This document shows, piece after piece, positions 28,411 to 44,140 of a stretch of 64,000 nt of DNA (the stretch's first letter is position 1; each line of letters starts with the position of its first letter). Under the pieces are notes generated by a model. That model was given only the letters and a program-made list of their open reading frames with translations, searched no databases and was not told the origin of the DNA. The DNA is taken from assembly GCF_009914755.1 (NCBI RefSeq), contig NC_060926.1; one strand, given 5' to 3'. This DNA is from the human T2T-CHM13v2.0 reference genome, Homo sapiens. Made by a program: the position numbers and the translations under genes.

Positions 28411-30589
28411 TAAAATAACATAAACGTTAAAGGCCCAGCTTTCACTCCATGGGCCTGTGGCTATAACTTTCTGAAGGTAACACTGAAATTGAACCTACAC
28501 TATGTGCTCCTGTAGTTACTATTTGTGCCCCAGTAAATCCTTCTGCTACATCCTTGTGTCTTGTGGGTGTTGTGTTGTCACTGTTTGTTTTGGTTTTGCT
28601 ATCTGAAGTACTGATTTTATAGCTTTCCTCAATGAGGACAAGTGAAAATTTTCATAGGCAGAAATTCATCTCCATACAGGCTATCATTCCATCATTTCAC
28701 AGCACTAAGGGAGACAGCCTACAGAACCTTAAACCTTTTTTTAAAGACCTCAGTGATATATGAACATTCATTTCCAAACACTCCCACTAGAGTAATTCTA
28801 ATCCGGGGAGCTCTAGGGACTGTTTGCACGTGGTCTATATGAAGTCGTTTCTCAGGCACTTCTCCTCAATGTCATGTAGCCAACAGGCTGAATCAACCAC
28901 ATGCAGTAATGAAAACATCCTGTATTTATAGGAGTATTTCTCCAAGGAACATCCTTCAGCAGGAATGCCTGAAAGAGTTCTAAGAACTGAAGGACATATT
29001 TCAGATGTGTCTAACCTGTCTCCAAACCCCTATAAAAATGGTCAGGATACCAAATTGTGCCCTTCTCCGCCTTGTGCTGTAAAATGAAATGGGAGAGTTG
29101 TTTGGCTTTATGGCTCTGCGTGTCATTGTGTCTTCTAGCTATTACATGGGTGTAAAAAAAAATAAATAAAAATAAGCAATATGAAGCACTATGCCATGTC
29201 ACCACCTCACCAAGCGGCTAAATAACTTCTACTGTGAAATTTGTTTTATCTTAAGGAATTTTTTTAAACATCAGTCTGTATAAGATAGTCTACAGGCATA
29301 TAATTTTTAGATTTCCCCACAAACATAAACAAAACTCTTGGCAACTAGAAATACTAGAAGGAGAAAAAAAAAGATAGGGAAAATTTGCAGCAAACCAGTT
29401 TACAGTCTCTCCTCTTTAAAGTGAAGAGGAATTGGACTAGATTTGCTTTAGGATGCTCGTACTGCTTAAATTTTTGAAATACACAAACAAAGAGTACACT
29501 GGACAGTTAATTATTTCATAATAGAAGATAAAATATATATTTTTCAAAAGTCTTTCTATAGATAGCCTTTTTTCAAAGTGACCTGAGAGCAGAGAGGATC
29601 CCAGGATTTCTGGGACAAGGGTTATTGATTATTTCCTTGGTCATGGTGGGGAAAAGGAAGAACTTCCTCCAGAGGAAGATGCTCACAGCCAGTGATCATG
29701 TAACAGACCTCCATGTCAAAAAGGCCGACAAGATCTCAAACTCCACTTGGAGGCTGATGGATGTGGATCCCATCCATGGATCAAGGACCTTTACCCAGGG
29801 TTGGTGCTGACCCAAATGATGGAATTTTTATCCATCCTCCTTGCTGTCCTAACCAGATTTGGAGACCTGCTCGCAACTCTGGATGGTGTGAATGTTCAAA
29901 GCACAAGCTTAAAGAGGTGAAGGAAGTGGAGGTAAGGAAAGTCCCTTGATCACTATCTAATACCATGAAGACTGGACATAGCCAGTATGTCTAGAGCATC
30001 TACTATGTGGCAGATACTAGAAAGACATACGACCTATACTGCCTTATTATAGTATGGCAGAAAATGGGTTGTTCTCTCCATGCCCCTTGTTCCTTTCCAT
30101 CTTCACCCAGCAGATGACTTCAGTTAGTTGCTCAAGGTGATGTTACAGGAAACTCAATAAGTTTGTCCTATGGATGCTCTACTCTGAAGAATCTGGAATA
30201 CCCATGCCTATACCATGGAGGACCTGAGGACCCACCATCTATTCCAATGATCCACCATCACCACCCTCTAAAGATGGAGAAAGGTACAAGAGTTTCAACC
30301 TTGGCCAAGTCTAGTGCCAGGAAAATGGAGCTAGGACAGGGTAGGGAAATCATAGAGGCAGAAAAAAAAAGAAATCAGGAAACAAAAAGTCTGCTTGGAA
30401 ACCCATCAAAGGCTGACACAGTAGGGCTGAAAGGCAACCCAGTGAAGAAGTCTTATACCTCACTCTGGACTTTGTGTTTTTCCATGATCAGCTTATACTG
30501 AGCTCTTCTAAGCAATAGACTGTTTCTCAAGACTTTCTAGATGTTGCATGGCTATAAGATCCTTGTCTGGACCTACAAGGTCCAGAAGA

Positions 30590-30720
30590 AGAAACTGAAG
30601 CCCAGAGAAGTTAGGTAATTTGCACAAGAATACTTAGCTAGTAAGAAGCAGAGCCAAGATTCCAGCCCCGGGCAGCTTAACTCCAAAGCCCATGTATTAG
30701 TCACTACCCTACACACCTTC
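30590..30720 (-). mobile_element. MIR fragment
   Basis: gaaactgaagcccagagaagttaggtaatttgcacaag. Confidence 0.75.
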
Positions 30721-31929
30721 TCACCAGTGACAATTCTCCTGCCACATTTCCTCTACCCCACTAATGTACACTGGTAGTGTAAAAATTCAATATTCATCAT
30801 TTTCTTCTCTGATGAAAAAGTTATTTGCATTGATTATGTATTTATTTGCATATTTCTAGGTGCTCCATAATATTCTAAATAACTTCCTCCACTATTCATT
30901 CCACACTTATTCAACACATAGCTCCTGAGTTTCTAAGGCAAGCGGGGCATTGTGCTGGGTGCTTAAGAAAGTCACAGTCCACTGAAAGAGATCACATTAA
31001 AATGAAAATAAGTGCTTGGTTTCCCATGGTACAGTAAGGCATAACCAAGATATTAGAGCTTGCTTATTGAGGTGCAATCCAAAACCACATTACTGGGCTA
31101 TAATTTTCTATTTGATTGACAAGAAAGGACTAAGCGACTGGCCCAAGGTCAAGCAGCTAGTCAACAGCAGTTCATTTCACTTACTTTATTGTCTCTGACA
31201 TACCATGTTTTCATGATTCACCCCCTCTTAATAGCCTTATGTAATGTTCAAAACATATTTTATGTTTTATAGACATTTTTTAAATTTAAAGCCAAAGAAG
31301 CAAAAGCGTCAAAAGCTAACGTTGGGCTGGATCACGTTTCAGCTGCCAGCTTTAAGGAGAGCAGAGTGCCTATAAGGTTTGGCTTCTCCCCAAGCATATT
31401 TCCAGGCTATGGAAGCAGTTAATTCTGCCCTAAATGCATGCTGTGTCCTCATCTCCTCAGTAGCCCTCTATCCAGGCTGAGACTTAATTGGTTTGGGTTG
31501 GGTAATTCATAGTGCCTCATTAGGGCATCAAAACACATACTAGGCTCTCTAGTAATTTTCTCCCCTGAAAAACATTGATTGGCTCCTTCATTGGGAAAGG
31601 AATTAGCTAAAAGACTACTGGGCTTGTACAAAGAGATTAAGTTCACAATGAATAATTTCAAAGTGTATTGTACAATCAGATTTCTTTGAGCCTATCTGTT
31701 GGTCAAATTTTTCTTTTCTTGCTATCACTTCTTGCACATCTACCCAATAGCAAGTGGACTATTAGTTACCTTGCAGAAATTAAATAGCCTAAGCATTCTA
31801 AAGTTTTTACTTGCCTGTCTCTCTATTTTCCTTTGACTGAGGTGAACTTTGTTAATGCACTGATAGGAAAACCACCAAAAGATGGCTTTTCTGCTGAACT
31901 TGATCATTAATTACTCCATCTCCCATTCT

Positions 31930-32397
31930 TGCTATAGCAGGCTTGGTCAGCACCCTGTCCATATCCCTTCTCTATATACATCAAAAAGTGCTAACTGTGA
32001 ATACCTACCATTCTCTGCTTATGTTTTCTGGCTACAAGAGACAGGTCAGCCCTCCTACAGGGCAAGCTGGAAGTGCTAGGGTGTCTATGACCCTGCAAGC
32101 AACCTTCCATCAATGACAGATGGGATTTGGTTGATAAATACCCCAGATTTCTCACCTCCCAGTTGGAATAACTCTGAGATATGTTTTACACTCTTTCCCA
32201 GAGTTCCTGGGCAGAACAAGCTCAAGTTGCCTAAAGAGATGACTGGCGCGCCAATGCAAATTTCAGCGGCTTGTTTTTGTTCCCTGTCTCATTTCCATAC
32301 TCCACTATCAGTGTGTCTTGGAGTCACCTCCCAAATATACTACTTCCATTTGATTCATTGTACCAGAGTCTGCTTCTGAGGCACCTAAAGCAAAACA
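31930..32397 (+). mobile_element. LTR16A-like ERVL solo LTR
   Basis: gataaataccccag...tcacctcccaaatatactactt...gtctgcttctgaggcacctaaagcaaaaca. Confidence 0.75.
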
Positions 32398-34238
32398 GTC
32401 ATCATGATCTAGTTAGTCTTTGGCTCTCACCACCTGACACTTAATTCTTGAGGTCACTGTGACAACAGTTACCCTGACATGAAGGGAGCTGAGCTTTCTC
32501 AGTTAATTCTGTGTTCACTCTATGAGCCAGATCTGGGGGCTAAGGGAGTAGATTTGCCAGGAGTCTGTTTTCATTAAAGTTCAAATAACTTCCCGGAAAG
32601 TAACTTACCCTAAGAGAAGGAAAAAATTGAGATCTACAAACTTGGTCCAAGGACTTTAGATCAGTGTTGTTGGGAGGAGAGGAAGTGGGTTTGAGTAGTG
32701 CCTTTGTGTACCTTTTACATTCTCTTACTCAAAATATCCTTACCCCATACCCATGGTCTTCTGAAGGCCCTCTAGTAGGGAATGGTAGGGGCGAGTGAAA
32801 GGAGGGCAAGGAAAAAGAGGGAGTAAAATAAACTAGAATCAATAAAATGGTTGCCTTTCTTACAGTTGCTGAAGGAGGTCAAAACAGAGACTTGCTGTGT
32901 TTTTGCTATTGTACCCTATTTTTACCCTCAGGTTGGTATGTCACGGAGAAACACTAAAAACATTTTGGTCAGCATCCCATTAATACAATTCCCCTGACAG
33001 TAGCCTGACTTGGTGTAGGCCAAAACATTCAATTTCAAAAAACCTGTGAATTTTTCTTTCAAGACAATATTCTGAAACTTTCCTACTAAAAAAATTTAAT
33101 TTAATTTAAAAATAAAGCCATTTCCTTCTCGCCACAAACTATACATTAACCATATTGCTACTGACAGCCTTGAGGGGGCTGGCCTGCTGGCTTTCTTTCT
33201 TATCATTTACTTCCTTAGAAATCTGGCATGACCCCTAGTATCAGCATGAACAAGATTGTGAATGGGACCTACTCATGGGATTATGGATTCTGAATCCTCC
33301 AGGAGTGTCCCATAATGCCCCTGTCAGTTGGTTTTGCCTTTGGGCATCTAATTTAACTGACAAATCTGAGGAATCACATGGAAGCAGCCACCTCCCCAGC
33401 GACTTCACAGATGGGAGCCCTGCAGTGAGTAAGTTATTCCAGCAAGTTTGACATTACCTTATGTTGAACATTCTCCTGACAGGTCTGCTTATTTCTTAAT
33501 GGCATAAAACAAGTCACTGTTATTAAGCATGAGTCTCCCTTGACTTGATAAATACCATGGCCCCATTTCTGGCTGTTTTAATGGATGTCCTAAAGGCATC
33601 TGAACATGGCATTTTACATTTGGCAGAAGCTCATCAACAACAATTTTTTCTAATTAGCCTTGGAAGCTTCAGACTTAAATGCACAGGGTCAAATATTCCA
33701 ACAAGTGAGGGACATCCAACTCTCTGGACAAGTGCACTTTTGAGAGTGAACGGAGGGCGGGAGGGCATTCGTACTGCCTGAGCACATGTGGGTACATTTT
33801 GCAAAATCAACTTAGCTGCAGATTTAACCAGAAATCAAATCATGTCCTGGCATTATGCCTAGCAGGCATTATATAGTTGTTAGTTTCGATCACAAGAACA
33901 ATTACTTCAAGTTATGGTGCAGAGCAGTGTTCAAAGTCCTCAGGCCTGCGAAGTCTTCCTGTGATGCTGCTAGCTGCAAAAATCAGTAGATGAAAGAAGT
34001 GCAATACTTTATACTTTCAGCCTTTATTAACATTTTGTCTGTCAATTGGCAACAGGCACAGAGCCCTGGCACTACACCAAACACCATGTGTACAGTGCCG
34101 AGAGAGCACAAATGAATGAGGAAGACATGACCCTCAGGCTCAGAACACTGACGTCTACACGGAGAGTCACGCTGTACTGAATAAGCATGCCCAAAACTGA
34201 AGAGAAAATACAGAACTCCGTATAAAGATGAGATAAGG

Positions 34239-34535
34239 GGCCAGTCACAGTGGCGCATGCCTGTAATCCCAGCACTTTGGGAGGCCAAGACAGGAGAATC
34301 GCTTGAGCTAGGTGTTCGAGACCAGCCTAGGCAACATAAAGAGACCCTGCCTCTACAAAAAATTAAAATATTAGCTGGAATTGGTGGCATGCACCTGTAG
34401 TCTCAAATATTCAAGAGGCTGATGAGGGAGGATCGCTTGAACCTGGGGCTTACAGGCTGCAGAGAGCTATGACTGTGCCACTGCACTACAGCCTGGACAA
34501 CAGAATGAGGCCCCACCTCTAAAACTATATATCTG
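34239..34535 (+). mobile_element. AluJ
   Basis: J diagnostics; TSD atgagataa. Confidence 0.92.
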
Positions 34536-34966
34536 TATGAGATAATGAATACAAAGCATTTAGTTCCACGCCAAGGAGATGTCTCCCACAGTAAACACAA
34601 AGTGAGGAGTAACTATTATTATTTTATTAGAAACTTAAATTCATAATTACATAAATGCTGGCAGGAAACAAAGTCAGGTTAGAAAGAAATGAGTTCTGGG
34701 TTTTAGAGAGTTAGGTTGGAGCAGAGAAGACAGGATCCATTTCCATAAGAGAGAGCTGTTCAAGCCACAACACAGTGACAGAAGTGGGTCGATTTTATGC
34801 AAGGGCAGCAGATCTAGCTAGCCCTGAACAAGGCTTTCCTCCATCAAGGAAAAGTTAAAATAAAAGGTTATCTAGTTAGGAAGGTGGACATTCACTTTTG
34901 AGGCTAGGCAGAGGAGTTTAGATTCAATAGAGTCAAAAAATAAGGATCTACTGTATGTTCTTTTGA

Positions 34967-35139
34967 CAGGCCAGCTACATAGTTTGTAGGACCCAAAGCA
35001 AAACAAAAATGTGGAGGCCCTTGTTCAAAAATTGTTAAAAATTTCAAGACAGGGACAAGTATTAAACCAAGCATGGTTCTTTTCCGAGCACAGGGCCCTG
35101 TGGCAATGCACAGGTCACATGACCATGAAACCAGCCCTG
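34967..35139 (+). mobile_element. MER91A-like hAT MITE
   Basis: caggccagctacatag...ggcccttgttcaaaaatt...catgaaaccagccctg. Confidence 0.75.
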
Positions 35140-35959
35140 TCTTTGGGAGCGTAATGGTGAAAATGCTTTCCAAGGATTGTGATTTTAGAATCTACTCATG
35201 AGATGCACTGGAAAAGGAAAATATTAATAGTTGAGGTAGAGATCCACAAAGTTAACTCTTGCTGTAATTTGAGAAGAGATATTGCAGAAAAGAATCTGGG
35301 AGAAGATGACAATAGATAAGACGTAAGGCATAAAGGAGAAAGAGGGTTTCAAATGATCTCAAGTTTAGCAGGAGGTTTAAAAAAACGGGGAAGTACAATA
35401 AAAGGTCTTTTAAACGGACCAACTCATTTCATTAACTAATGCTATTATTCCCTCTGTAATATGTACAGCTGATGTTCCAGCATAGTGCATGCTAGCGCCA
35501 AACGGAAGCTCAAGGACACAATGGTTTTTGCCACTTCTGTTCATTTCTGTATACCAGGGTCCCAAAGCAGTGCCTGGCATATAGTAGTCAGCAAATACAT
35601 AAATAATGGATGAATGAATTAACTTGTCAGGAAACTCATCTCTAAGAGACTGTGATTCTACTTCTATAAATTGAACTCTTCTGAGTTTACCTAAAATCAG
35701 GTACTTTCCCAAAACTGTCAACGCCATTCATTTTTGTTATAATTTAATCAATTATGAAAACAAAGGAAATGTCAATGTGAAGAGAGTTGCTTTTATAAAA
35801 ACTTGTTTGAATCCTTGGACTCAATAGAGGTGAGTTATTGGGAGATATGCTGTCAATTATATGTGGACAACTGTGAAATTTGGGGGCAAAATGAATAAAA
35901 TTCTAGAATTTTTTACTCAAACTGCTTTGCAAATCATTCTATGTTCTCACTCTATTTTT

Positions 35960-36398
35960 GTCTTATTTTAAGTTTCAGAGTACATGTGCAGGATGTGCAG
36001 GTTTGTTGCATAGGTAAATGTGTGCCATGGTGGTTTGCTGCACTTATCAACCCATCACCTAAGTATTAAGCCCAGAATGCATTAGCTATTTTCCTGATTC
36101 TCTCCCTCCCCTTACCCCCTGACAGGCCCCAGTGTATGCTGTTTTCCTCCCTGTGTCCATGTGTTCTCATTGTTCAGCTCCCACTTATGAGTGAGAACAT
36201 ACAGTATTTGGTTTTCAGTTCCTGTATTAGTTTGCTAAGGATAATGGTTCCCAGCTTTATCCATGTCCCTGAAAAGGACATGATCTCATTCCTTTTTATG
36301 GCTGCATAGTATTCCATGGTGTATATGTACCATATTTTCTTCATCCAGTCTATCATTGATGGGCATTTAGGTTGATTCCATGTCTTTGCTATTGTGAA
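35960..36398 (-). mobile_element. L1PA (mid-age primate L1) 3' end
   Basis: tacatgtgcaggatgtgcaggtttgtt; ORF2 end FTIAKTWNQPKCPSMIDW. Confidence 0.92.
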
Positions 36399-36797
36399 TT
36401 CCCTCCACTTTAAATAGATTAAAATTGAAAATAAGAATGTTATGTGTGTATTTAATGCAAGAAAGACAATGTAGACTTTACACAGCAGACCCATGCTCAA
36501 AGAAAAGGCCTCAGCCCTATGTCAAAAGATAACTAAAGGACTGTAATTTATATATCATCTGACTGTATTTATCATTTTTTATAATTTGTTTCAACTGAAT
36601 ATTCTAATGAACTGATCAACCACTAGACCTGAATGTATCAGATATGAATAAATTGAAGTAACATTAAGTAAATAAATGAATACATAAACTAACTTAAAGG
36701 AAATGAACAAAAATGTCAGTGTATTAGGCCAATGGTCTAATTATAGATTATAATAATTATGTATTATGTAATTATATTTATAGATTACAGATAATAG

Positions 36798-37124
<327 letters not shown>

Positions 37125-37424
37125 TTTTTTTTTTTTTTTTTTGAGACAGGGTCCTGCTCTGTTGCTCAGGCTGGAGTGCAGTGGCACAATCATGGCTCAT
37201 TGCAACCCCGACCTCCAGGCTCAAGTGATTTTACCACCTCAGCCTCCTTAGTAGCTGGAACTATAGGCACATACCATCATGCCTGGCTAATTTTTTTAAT
37301 TTTTTGTAGAGACAGGATTTCGCCTTGTTGCCTAGGCTGGTCTCAAACTCCTGGCTTCAAGTGATCCTCCCAACTTGGCCTCCAAAAATGCTGAGATTAT
37401 AGGCATGAGCCACCACGCTTGGCC
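37125..37424 (-). mobile_element. AluJ
   Basis: Antisense dimer; AluY sits in its tail. Confidence 0.92.
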
Positions 37425-37449
37425 AATTTATATATTTATAATTTAGATT

Positions 37450-37968
37450 TTATATTTATACTGTAATTAGTATATTAACTTACACTTACATCTGATATAT
37501 ATTTTTAATATCTATCGAGTCAATTATTTGCATTCTCTTTCCTAGTACCTTCCTGACATCAAGTTCCCTGAGACGTGAATTTTAACCAGAATGCTATTTG
37601 AATTTTAATCAGAATCATAGAGTAAAAATTGCTCTGGGAGACTGTTTTATAGAAACTCTAGAAAAACCCAGTGAAATATGCCTACTCCACAACTGTATAT
37701 GCTGTTCTAATGACCAGATAATGGAATCCCCAAATACAGTAGCCTTTTACCATTAAAAGCATGAGTTGTTTTGGAACAGAGAGAGTGACGAGAAGCAAAA
37801 TTGATAAGCTGTATGGGATAGGCAGAATCGCCCTCCAAAGATGTCCAAGCCCTCATCCCTGGAATCTGTGAAATATGTTACTTTGCATATCACAGTGGAC
37901 TCTGCAGATGTAATTAAGGTTACTGACATGGTTATCCAGGTGGCCCTAATCTAATTAAATGAACCCTT
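37450..37968 (+). repeat. Left arm of inverted duplication (unique flank + 5' ~155 bp of an MLT1 LTR)
   Basis: Reverse-complement match to ~41803-42310. Confidence 0.92.
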
Positions 37969-38002
37969 AGGAGGAGTGAATCATATTTCTGTTGTATACC
38001 TG

Positions 38003-38815
<813 letters not shown>

Positions 38816-39354
38816 CCTGTTTATATTTTCTACATTTCAACATTGAATATTTACTTCTTACATATATAGTTACATAATTAGGACAATTGTTCTTAATTTA
38901 TATGAAAAGAAAAAAACAAAATAGAAAATAACTCCCAAGACTGTAGGACCTGAGAATAGAGCAGGCTGCTTGGAGATGGGCAGAGGAAGACATGGCAGAA
39001 ACTTCAGTTGTTAGGATTATTTAGAACTATTGTTGTTAGGACTATTTAGATTACAAGTGAAAAAAACCAGCCTGGATCACGTGTCCATCCCTGGCCCAAT
39101 TATAGTCACCAGCAGAGTGATGCACCAATTGTGGGTGGAAGAGCCACCCAACCAACAGAGAGTGTGAGAGAGGAGGCCCAAGGGAAGTGGGAGAGGCTGT
39201 TAACAGAAGAAGGGGGTGAAGAAATGCTCACTCGCCAAAAAAGGCTCCATTACAATATCTCCAAACCTAACAGAAAGAGAGAAATGGTCAAGGGGCATGA
39301 GAGGAGGGGGCATAACCAATGATAGGAAGAAGAGTAAAGAGAAGACCATCATAA

Positions 39355-39669
<315 letters not shown>

Positions 39670-39807
39670 TAAGTTTTAAATACATTCAAGTCTTGGTGTC
39701 AGAAGTTGTCTCCATTGTCAATGCTCTAAAGGTAACTGCAAATGAATTATTACAGAGGTAATGAGACTTGCAAGTCTTCAGCACTGACACGCTAACTGAA
39801 GTAGGTT

Positions 39808-40355
39808 TGTCAGGAATCTTTCTATGTCTCAGGAGAAAAACCCATTTCTAGTTAGTTTAAACCAAGGCACTGAAAAAGTCCAGGGTAAAATCCAGAGACT
39901 CAGCTGGATCTAGATGCTCAGACAATGGTGTCAAGTAGTTGTTTCATCTCATTTTCCCAGTTCTGCTTTGTCTGTGCTGACTTCACTCCCAGAGAGGCCC
40001 TTGTCACATAAATGGCAAGAGGATCACCAGTGATCTGAGCATTCATCCTACAAATTTAGCAATGCCATTGGAAAAAGAGTACCGCCATTGCAACAGTCCC
40101 AGAAAAAGTCCTGGTGCTCTTTGAACTGTTTTGTTTTTGTTTTTGTTTTTGTTTTGCCACATCTGCAAACAAATTCCTATGGCAAGAGAGAAAAATACAT
40201 ACGGATGAGCCAGCCCTGGATCATATATGCCCAACCCCAGATCCACAAGGAGGGGTCAGGAGTGGTTCAAACAAAAAATACCCTCCCAAACAGTCAGGGT
40301 GTTATTACCAGAAGAAAAGATACTAGGTGAGCAGAAACAGCACAATTCCATTATA
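39808..40355 (-). mobile_element. Old MLT1K/L-like MaLR LTR
   Basis: actgaaaaagtccaggg...cagctggatctagatgctcagacaatg; degenerate. Confidence 0.55.
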
Positions 40356-40421
40356 AAGCTATATGGATACCATACTCAAGTTCCCTAGAACTCTGAAAGG
40401 AGCTCTTATAATGTATAAATA

Positions 40422-40735
40422 GGCCAGGCACAGTGGCTCACACTTGTAATGCCAGCACTTTGGGAGGCCCAAGCAGGCAGATCACCTGAGGTCACGAGTT
40501 CAAGACCACCCTGGCCAAGATGGTGAAACCCCGTCTCTACTAAAAATACAAAAATTAGCTGGGCATGGTAGCGCACACCTGCAGTCTTAGCTACTTGGAA
40601 GGCTGAAGCAGGAGAACTGCTTGAACCTAGGAGGCAGACGCTATAGTGAGCTGAGATTGCGCCACTTCACTCCAGCCTGGGTGACAGAGAAAGATTCCAT
40701 CTCAAAAAATAAATAAATAAACAAAAAATAAAGAA
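40422..40735 (+). mobile_element. AluSx-like
   Basis: Full dimer; TSD ~gtataaata. Confidence 0.95.
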
Positions 40736-41341
40736 AGTATAAATAAAACTAACCCATGATAAGAGCACTACAGGAACACTGGCCTGAGCAGCAGTCAGCA
40801 GACGTGTGTCAACTGCAGGTGAGTGATGAGCATAAAAAGAGGGCCCAGAGGAAAGCCCTCCTCTCTTTCCTCTTTCTTTTGATTCCATCATATTTTCCAC
40901 CCAGTATGTCAACTGAGGAAGCCTGGACCTTCTATTGGGTGCTCGATGACTGCTCACTCCCTCACCCAAGTTTGGTTTGCAATCTCTCTCCTCGATCACA
41001 ATAACGTGAAGTGTGGAGTAGTGGCTCAATGTCCCAGACCCCTTTTTGACACCTGTACAGTTCTTCCCTGATGAAAATCCTAATGCACTTGGTTTTCCTC
41101 CAAATGTGCACAACCCATATTATGCTCCTTTGATCAAAATTATGCAAAGAACCAGATGTTTACTTTTCATTATATCTTACAGATAACAGTTGGTGCTTGA
41201 ACGCCCTATCTGGTGTTTCACTGTCCTTGTCTCTTGCATTCTGTTTGGGGGAAAGGGAGGTGGGCACATGCACAACTGTGTTTTCCCCCACCCCCACCCC
41301 GAGATTATTTTCTTAGACTGAACTTGAACATATTAATACAG

Positions 41342-41959
41342 CATTTTGATTTTTTATTACTACAAAAACAAGTTACCACAAACATAAAGGCTTAACACAA
41401 CACTCGTTTATTATCTTGCCATATCCATGGGTCAGAAGTCTGGGCAGATCTTGGCTCAATTAGTTCCTCTGCTCCAGGTTCCATAAGGCCAAATCAGGGT
41501 GTTGGCAGAGCCACATTCTTTTTTGGAGGCTCTGGGGAAGAATCTGCTTCCAAATTCAGGTTGCTGGCAACATTTTGTTCTTGGAGTTGTAGGACCGAGG
41601 TTCCTGCTTTCTTTTGCTGGCTGTCAGCAGGGGATTGCCCTTAGCTCCCAAAGACCTCTTCAGTCCTTGCCGGTGGCCCCCCACATCTCAGAGCAAGCAA
41701 CAGCACTTCAAACCCTTCTCACACTTGCAATCTCTCTGATTCCCTCTCCTGCTTCCTATGCCACTACATCTCTATGACTTCAAAGCAGAAAAAATTCTGC
41801 TTTGAAGGGCTTGTGTGAGTAGACTGGACCAACCTGGATAATACATGTCCAAGACCTTAATTACATCTGCAAAGTCCACTGTGATATGCAAAGTAACATA
41901 CTCACAGGTTCCAGGGATGAGGGCTTGGACATCTTTCAAGGGCGATTCTGCCTATCCCA
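41342..41959 (-). mobile_element. MLT1D/E-like MaLR solo LTR
   Basis: 5-bp TSD tacag at 41337-41341 and 41960-41964; ccttaattacatctgcaaagtcc motif. Confidence 0.85.
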
Positions 41960-42310
41960 TACAGCTTATCAATTCTGCTCCTCATCACTCTCTCTGTTCC
42001 AAAACAACTCATGCTTTCAACAGTTAAAAAAAATGTGTTTGGGGATTCCATTACCTGGTTATTAAAACAGTATATACAATTGTGGAGTAGGCATATTTCC
42101 CTGGGTTTTTCTAGAGTTTCTATAAAACACTCTCCCAGAGCAATTTTAACTCTATGCTCACCAAGTAGCATTCTGATTAAAACTCACTTCTCAGGTAACT
42201 TGATATCAGAAAGATGCTTCCTAGGATGGAGGATGCATATAATCAGGTCAATAGAAATCTAAGTATATATTAAATATACGTTAATATACTAATTAAAGTA
42301 TAAACATAAT
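41803..42310 (-). repeat. Right arm of inverted duplication
   Basis: Reverse-complement match to 37450-37968. Confidence 0.92.
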
Positions 42311-42974
42311 TTATGTTTATATTTTAAACTAGAAACTTACTATTTTAAACTATAAATAATTTTAAACTATAAAAATATAAATATATTAAGATAATTAAAC
42401 ACATATATTTAAATGATGGCATTCTGATTTATACATTGGTGTCAACTGGATTTGGTAATATAACCCAATAACCAAAAGAATGATCATGTTTTAGACTACT
42501 TAAAACATCCAGTTTTCTGACTTTCAAATGGTGGCTCAAATGAGGTCATCCTCTGAATGACTGAGTCATCAGACCCATACAACATTCTCATCACAGTCCC
42601 CCTCCCCAGAAAATCAGTATCAAAGAAGAATATTGGAAGATAATTTTTACAGATGCTAACTGATACAACATAAGCACATAAGCTTTCCAAGAGTGCCTAT
42701 CAAGACAGAAGAGCCAGTAGCCCAGGACCTTGTGAGAGCACACTGGTGATTACTAAGCAGGTCTGAACAAAGAGTAATGCAGAATAAGCCATCCTGTAAG
42801 AGGTGCAACTTACCTCACTACCTCTCTTGGAATCTTGACTGTAATTGTTAAGGAGTTCCATTAGGCATCTCAAACAATTCCTGGAGATGTTCTTTATCAA
42901 TGGATATTATACAGGTAACTAAAGACTCCCACACTATGGTATGGGAACCAAACCTATGTACATATATGTATATA

Positions 42975-43314
42975 GGAGACAGCCAAGCATAAAGGGGTCA
43001 CTGGAGAACCTCCAACCAGCCTGCGCACTGGGAGAAGCGCACACTGGGGTGGAGCCTCGGGAAGTTCCTGCTGTTTGCAGTGGGGAGGAGCCTGGCCTCT
43101 CCTGTTCTGGGGTCGTACCTGGAAATCAATCTGTGAGGCAGGAAGCCTGCTAGCAAAACTCTCACTTTGCTGAGAGTCCCTGTTTCCCGTTTTTTCCTTT
43201 TCACCCAGTAAACCCTGCCCTTCTCACCCTTCAAAGCATCTATGAGCCTAATCTTTCAAGGTTGTGTGAAAAGAACCCAGCTTTTAGCTGAACCAAGGGG
43301 AAAGTCCTACAATA
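42975..43314 (+). mobile_element. MER61-family ERV1 solo LTR
   Basis: gagacagccaag...cctgcgcactgggag...ggagcctggcctctcctgtt...gaaagtcctacaa, within a TA-rich tract. Confidence 0.82.
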
Positions 43315-43969
43315 TATATATACATGCATGTATGTATTATATGTGTGTGTGCGTTTAAATAGGATCTGTGTGGGTATGGGGTTGATTTACAATCCCCTGT
43401 GACTTGGTTGCAGCCCATGTCGTCTGTGTGGATAATGGGTCTGCATCAGAACCCTAAACCCTGCTCCTTTTGTAGTTACAGCATCTTGGTTTTCAAGCTG
43501 CCATTATTTTTTATTATCATTAGACACCACATCCTACTTTTCTTTCTTTATCACAGCTCAACTTCTGGAATGGGTATTCCCCGTCCACTGCTTCATCATC
43601 TCACATCAGAATTGTTGAAATTGTACTTTTATTACTGTACTACTTTCTTCTCTTTTTTTTCTTTCTCTGTACTTTTTTGTTTACTGCTATTTATTATTAT
43701 ATTACTTTTCTCACTCTTCTAGAAGTTGTGCACTCTCTGTAAGCTCTTAAATCACCAGTCTAGGAAGAGAACTAGGAGGTCAAAGAGGAAAGAGGAGCCA
43801 CTTGCCAAATTCCAATTGCAGGTGGACACCATGAATATATCACAGAACAGGTCAACTGCCCAGGACTTTCAGAAAAGCTTGGTTTTCATTAGATTCTCCT
43901 CCAACTCTTTCATAATCTAGGCTTCCTGCCCTGTGTTAATTATATTTCTGACCCAAAACCAACAAACTA

Positions 43970-44140
43970 AGAGGCTGCATGTTGTGATGGAAAGTGTGTT
44001 GGACCAGATGCCAAAAACTGTGACTTTTAGGGCCAACTCTGAAGCTAGCCAGCTGTGTGACCTTGAACAAGTCATTTCTCCTCCAGACCCGTTGTTCCCT
44101 CACTGCTTCAATGAACAGTTAATAAGATTTTGTCCATGAT
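43970..44140 (+). mobile_element. MIR/MIR3 fragment
   Basis: cagctgtgtgaccttgaacaagtcatt. Confidence 0.7.

Noticed and set aside
40770-40824. Micro-exon ending at CAG|GTGAGT
   Set aside because: Upstream acceptor lacks a pyrimidine tract; an isolated donor is expected by chance.
42975-43314. p53 response element in the MER61 LTR
   Set aside because: No RRRCWWGYYY dimer visible in this copy.
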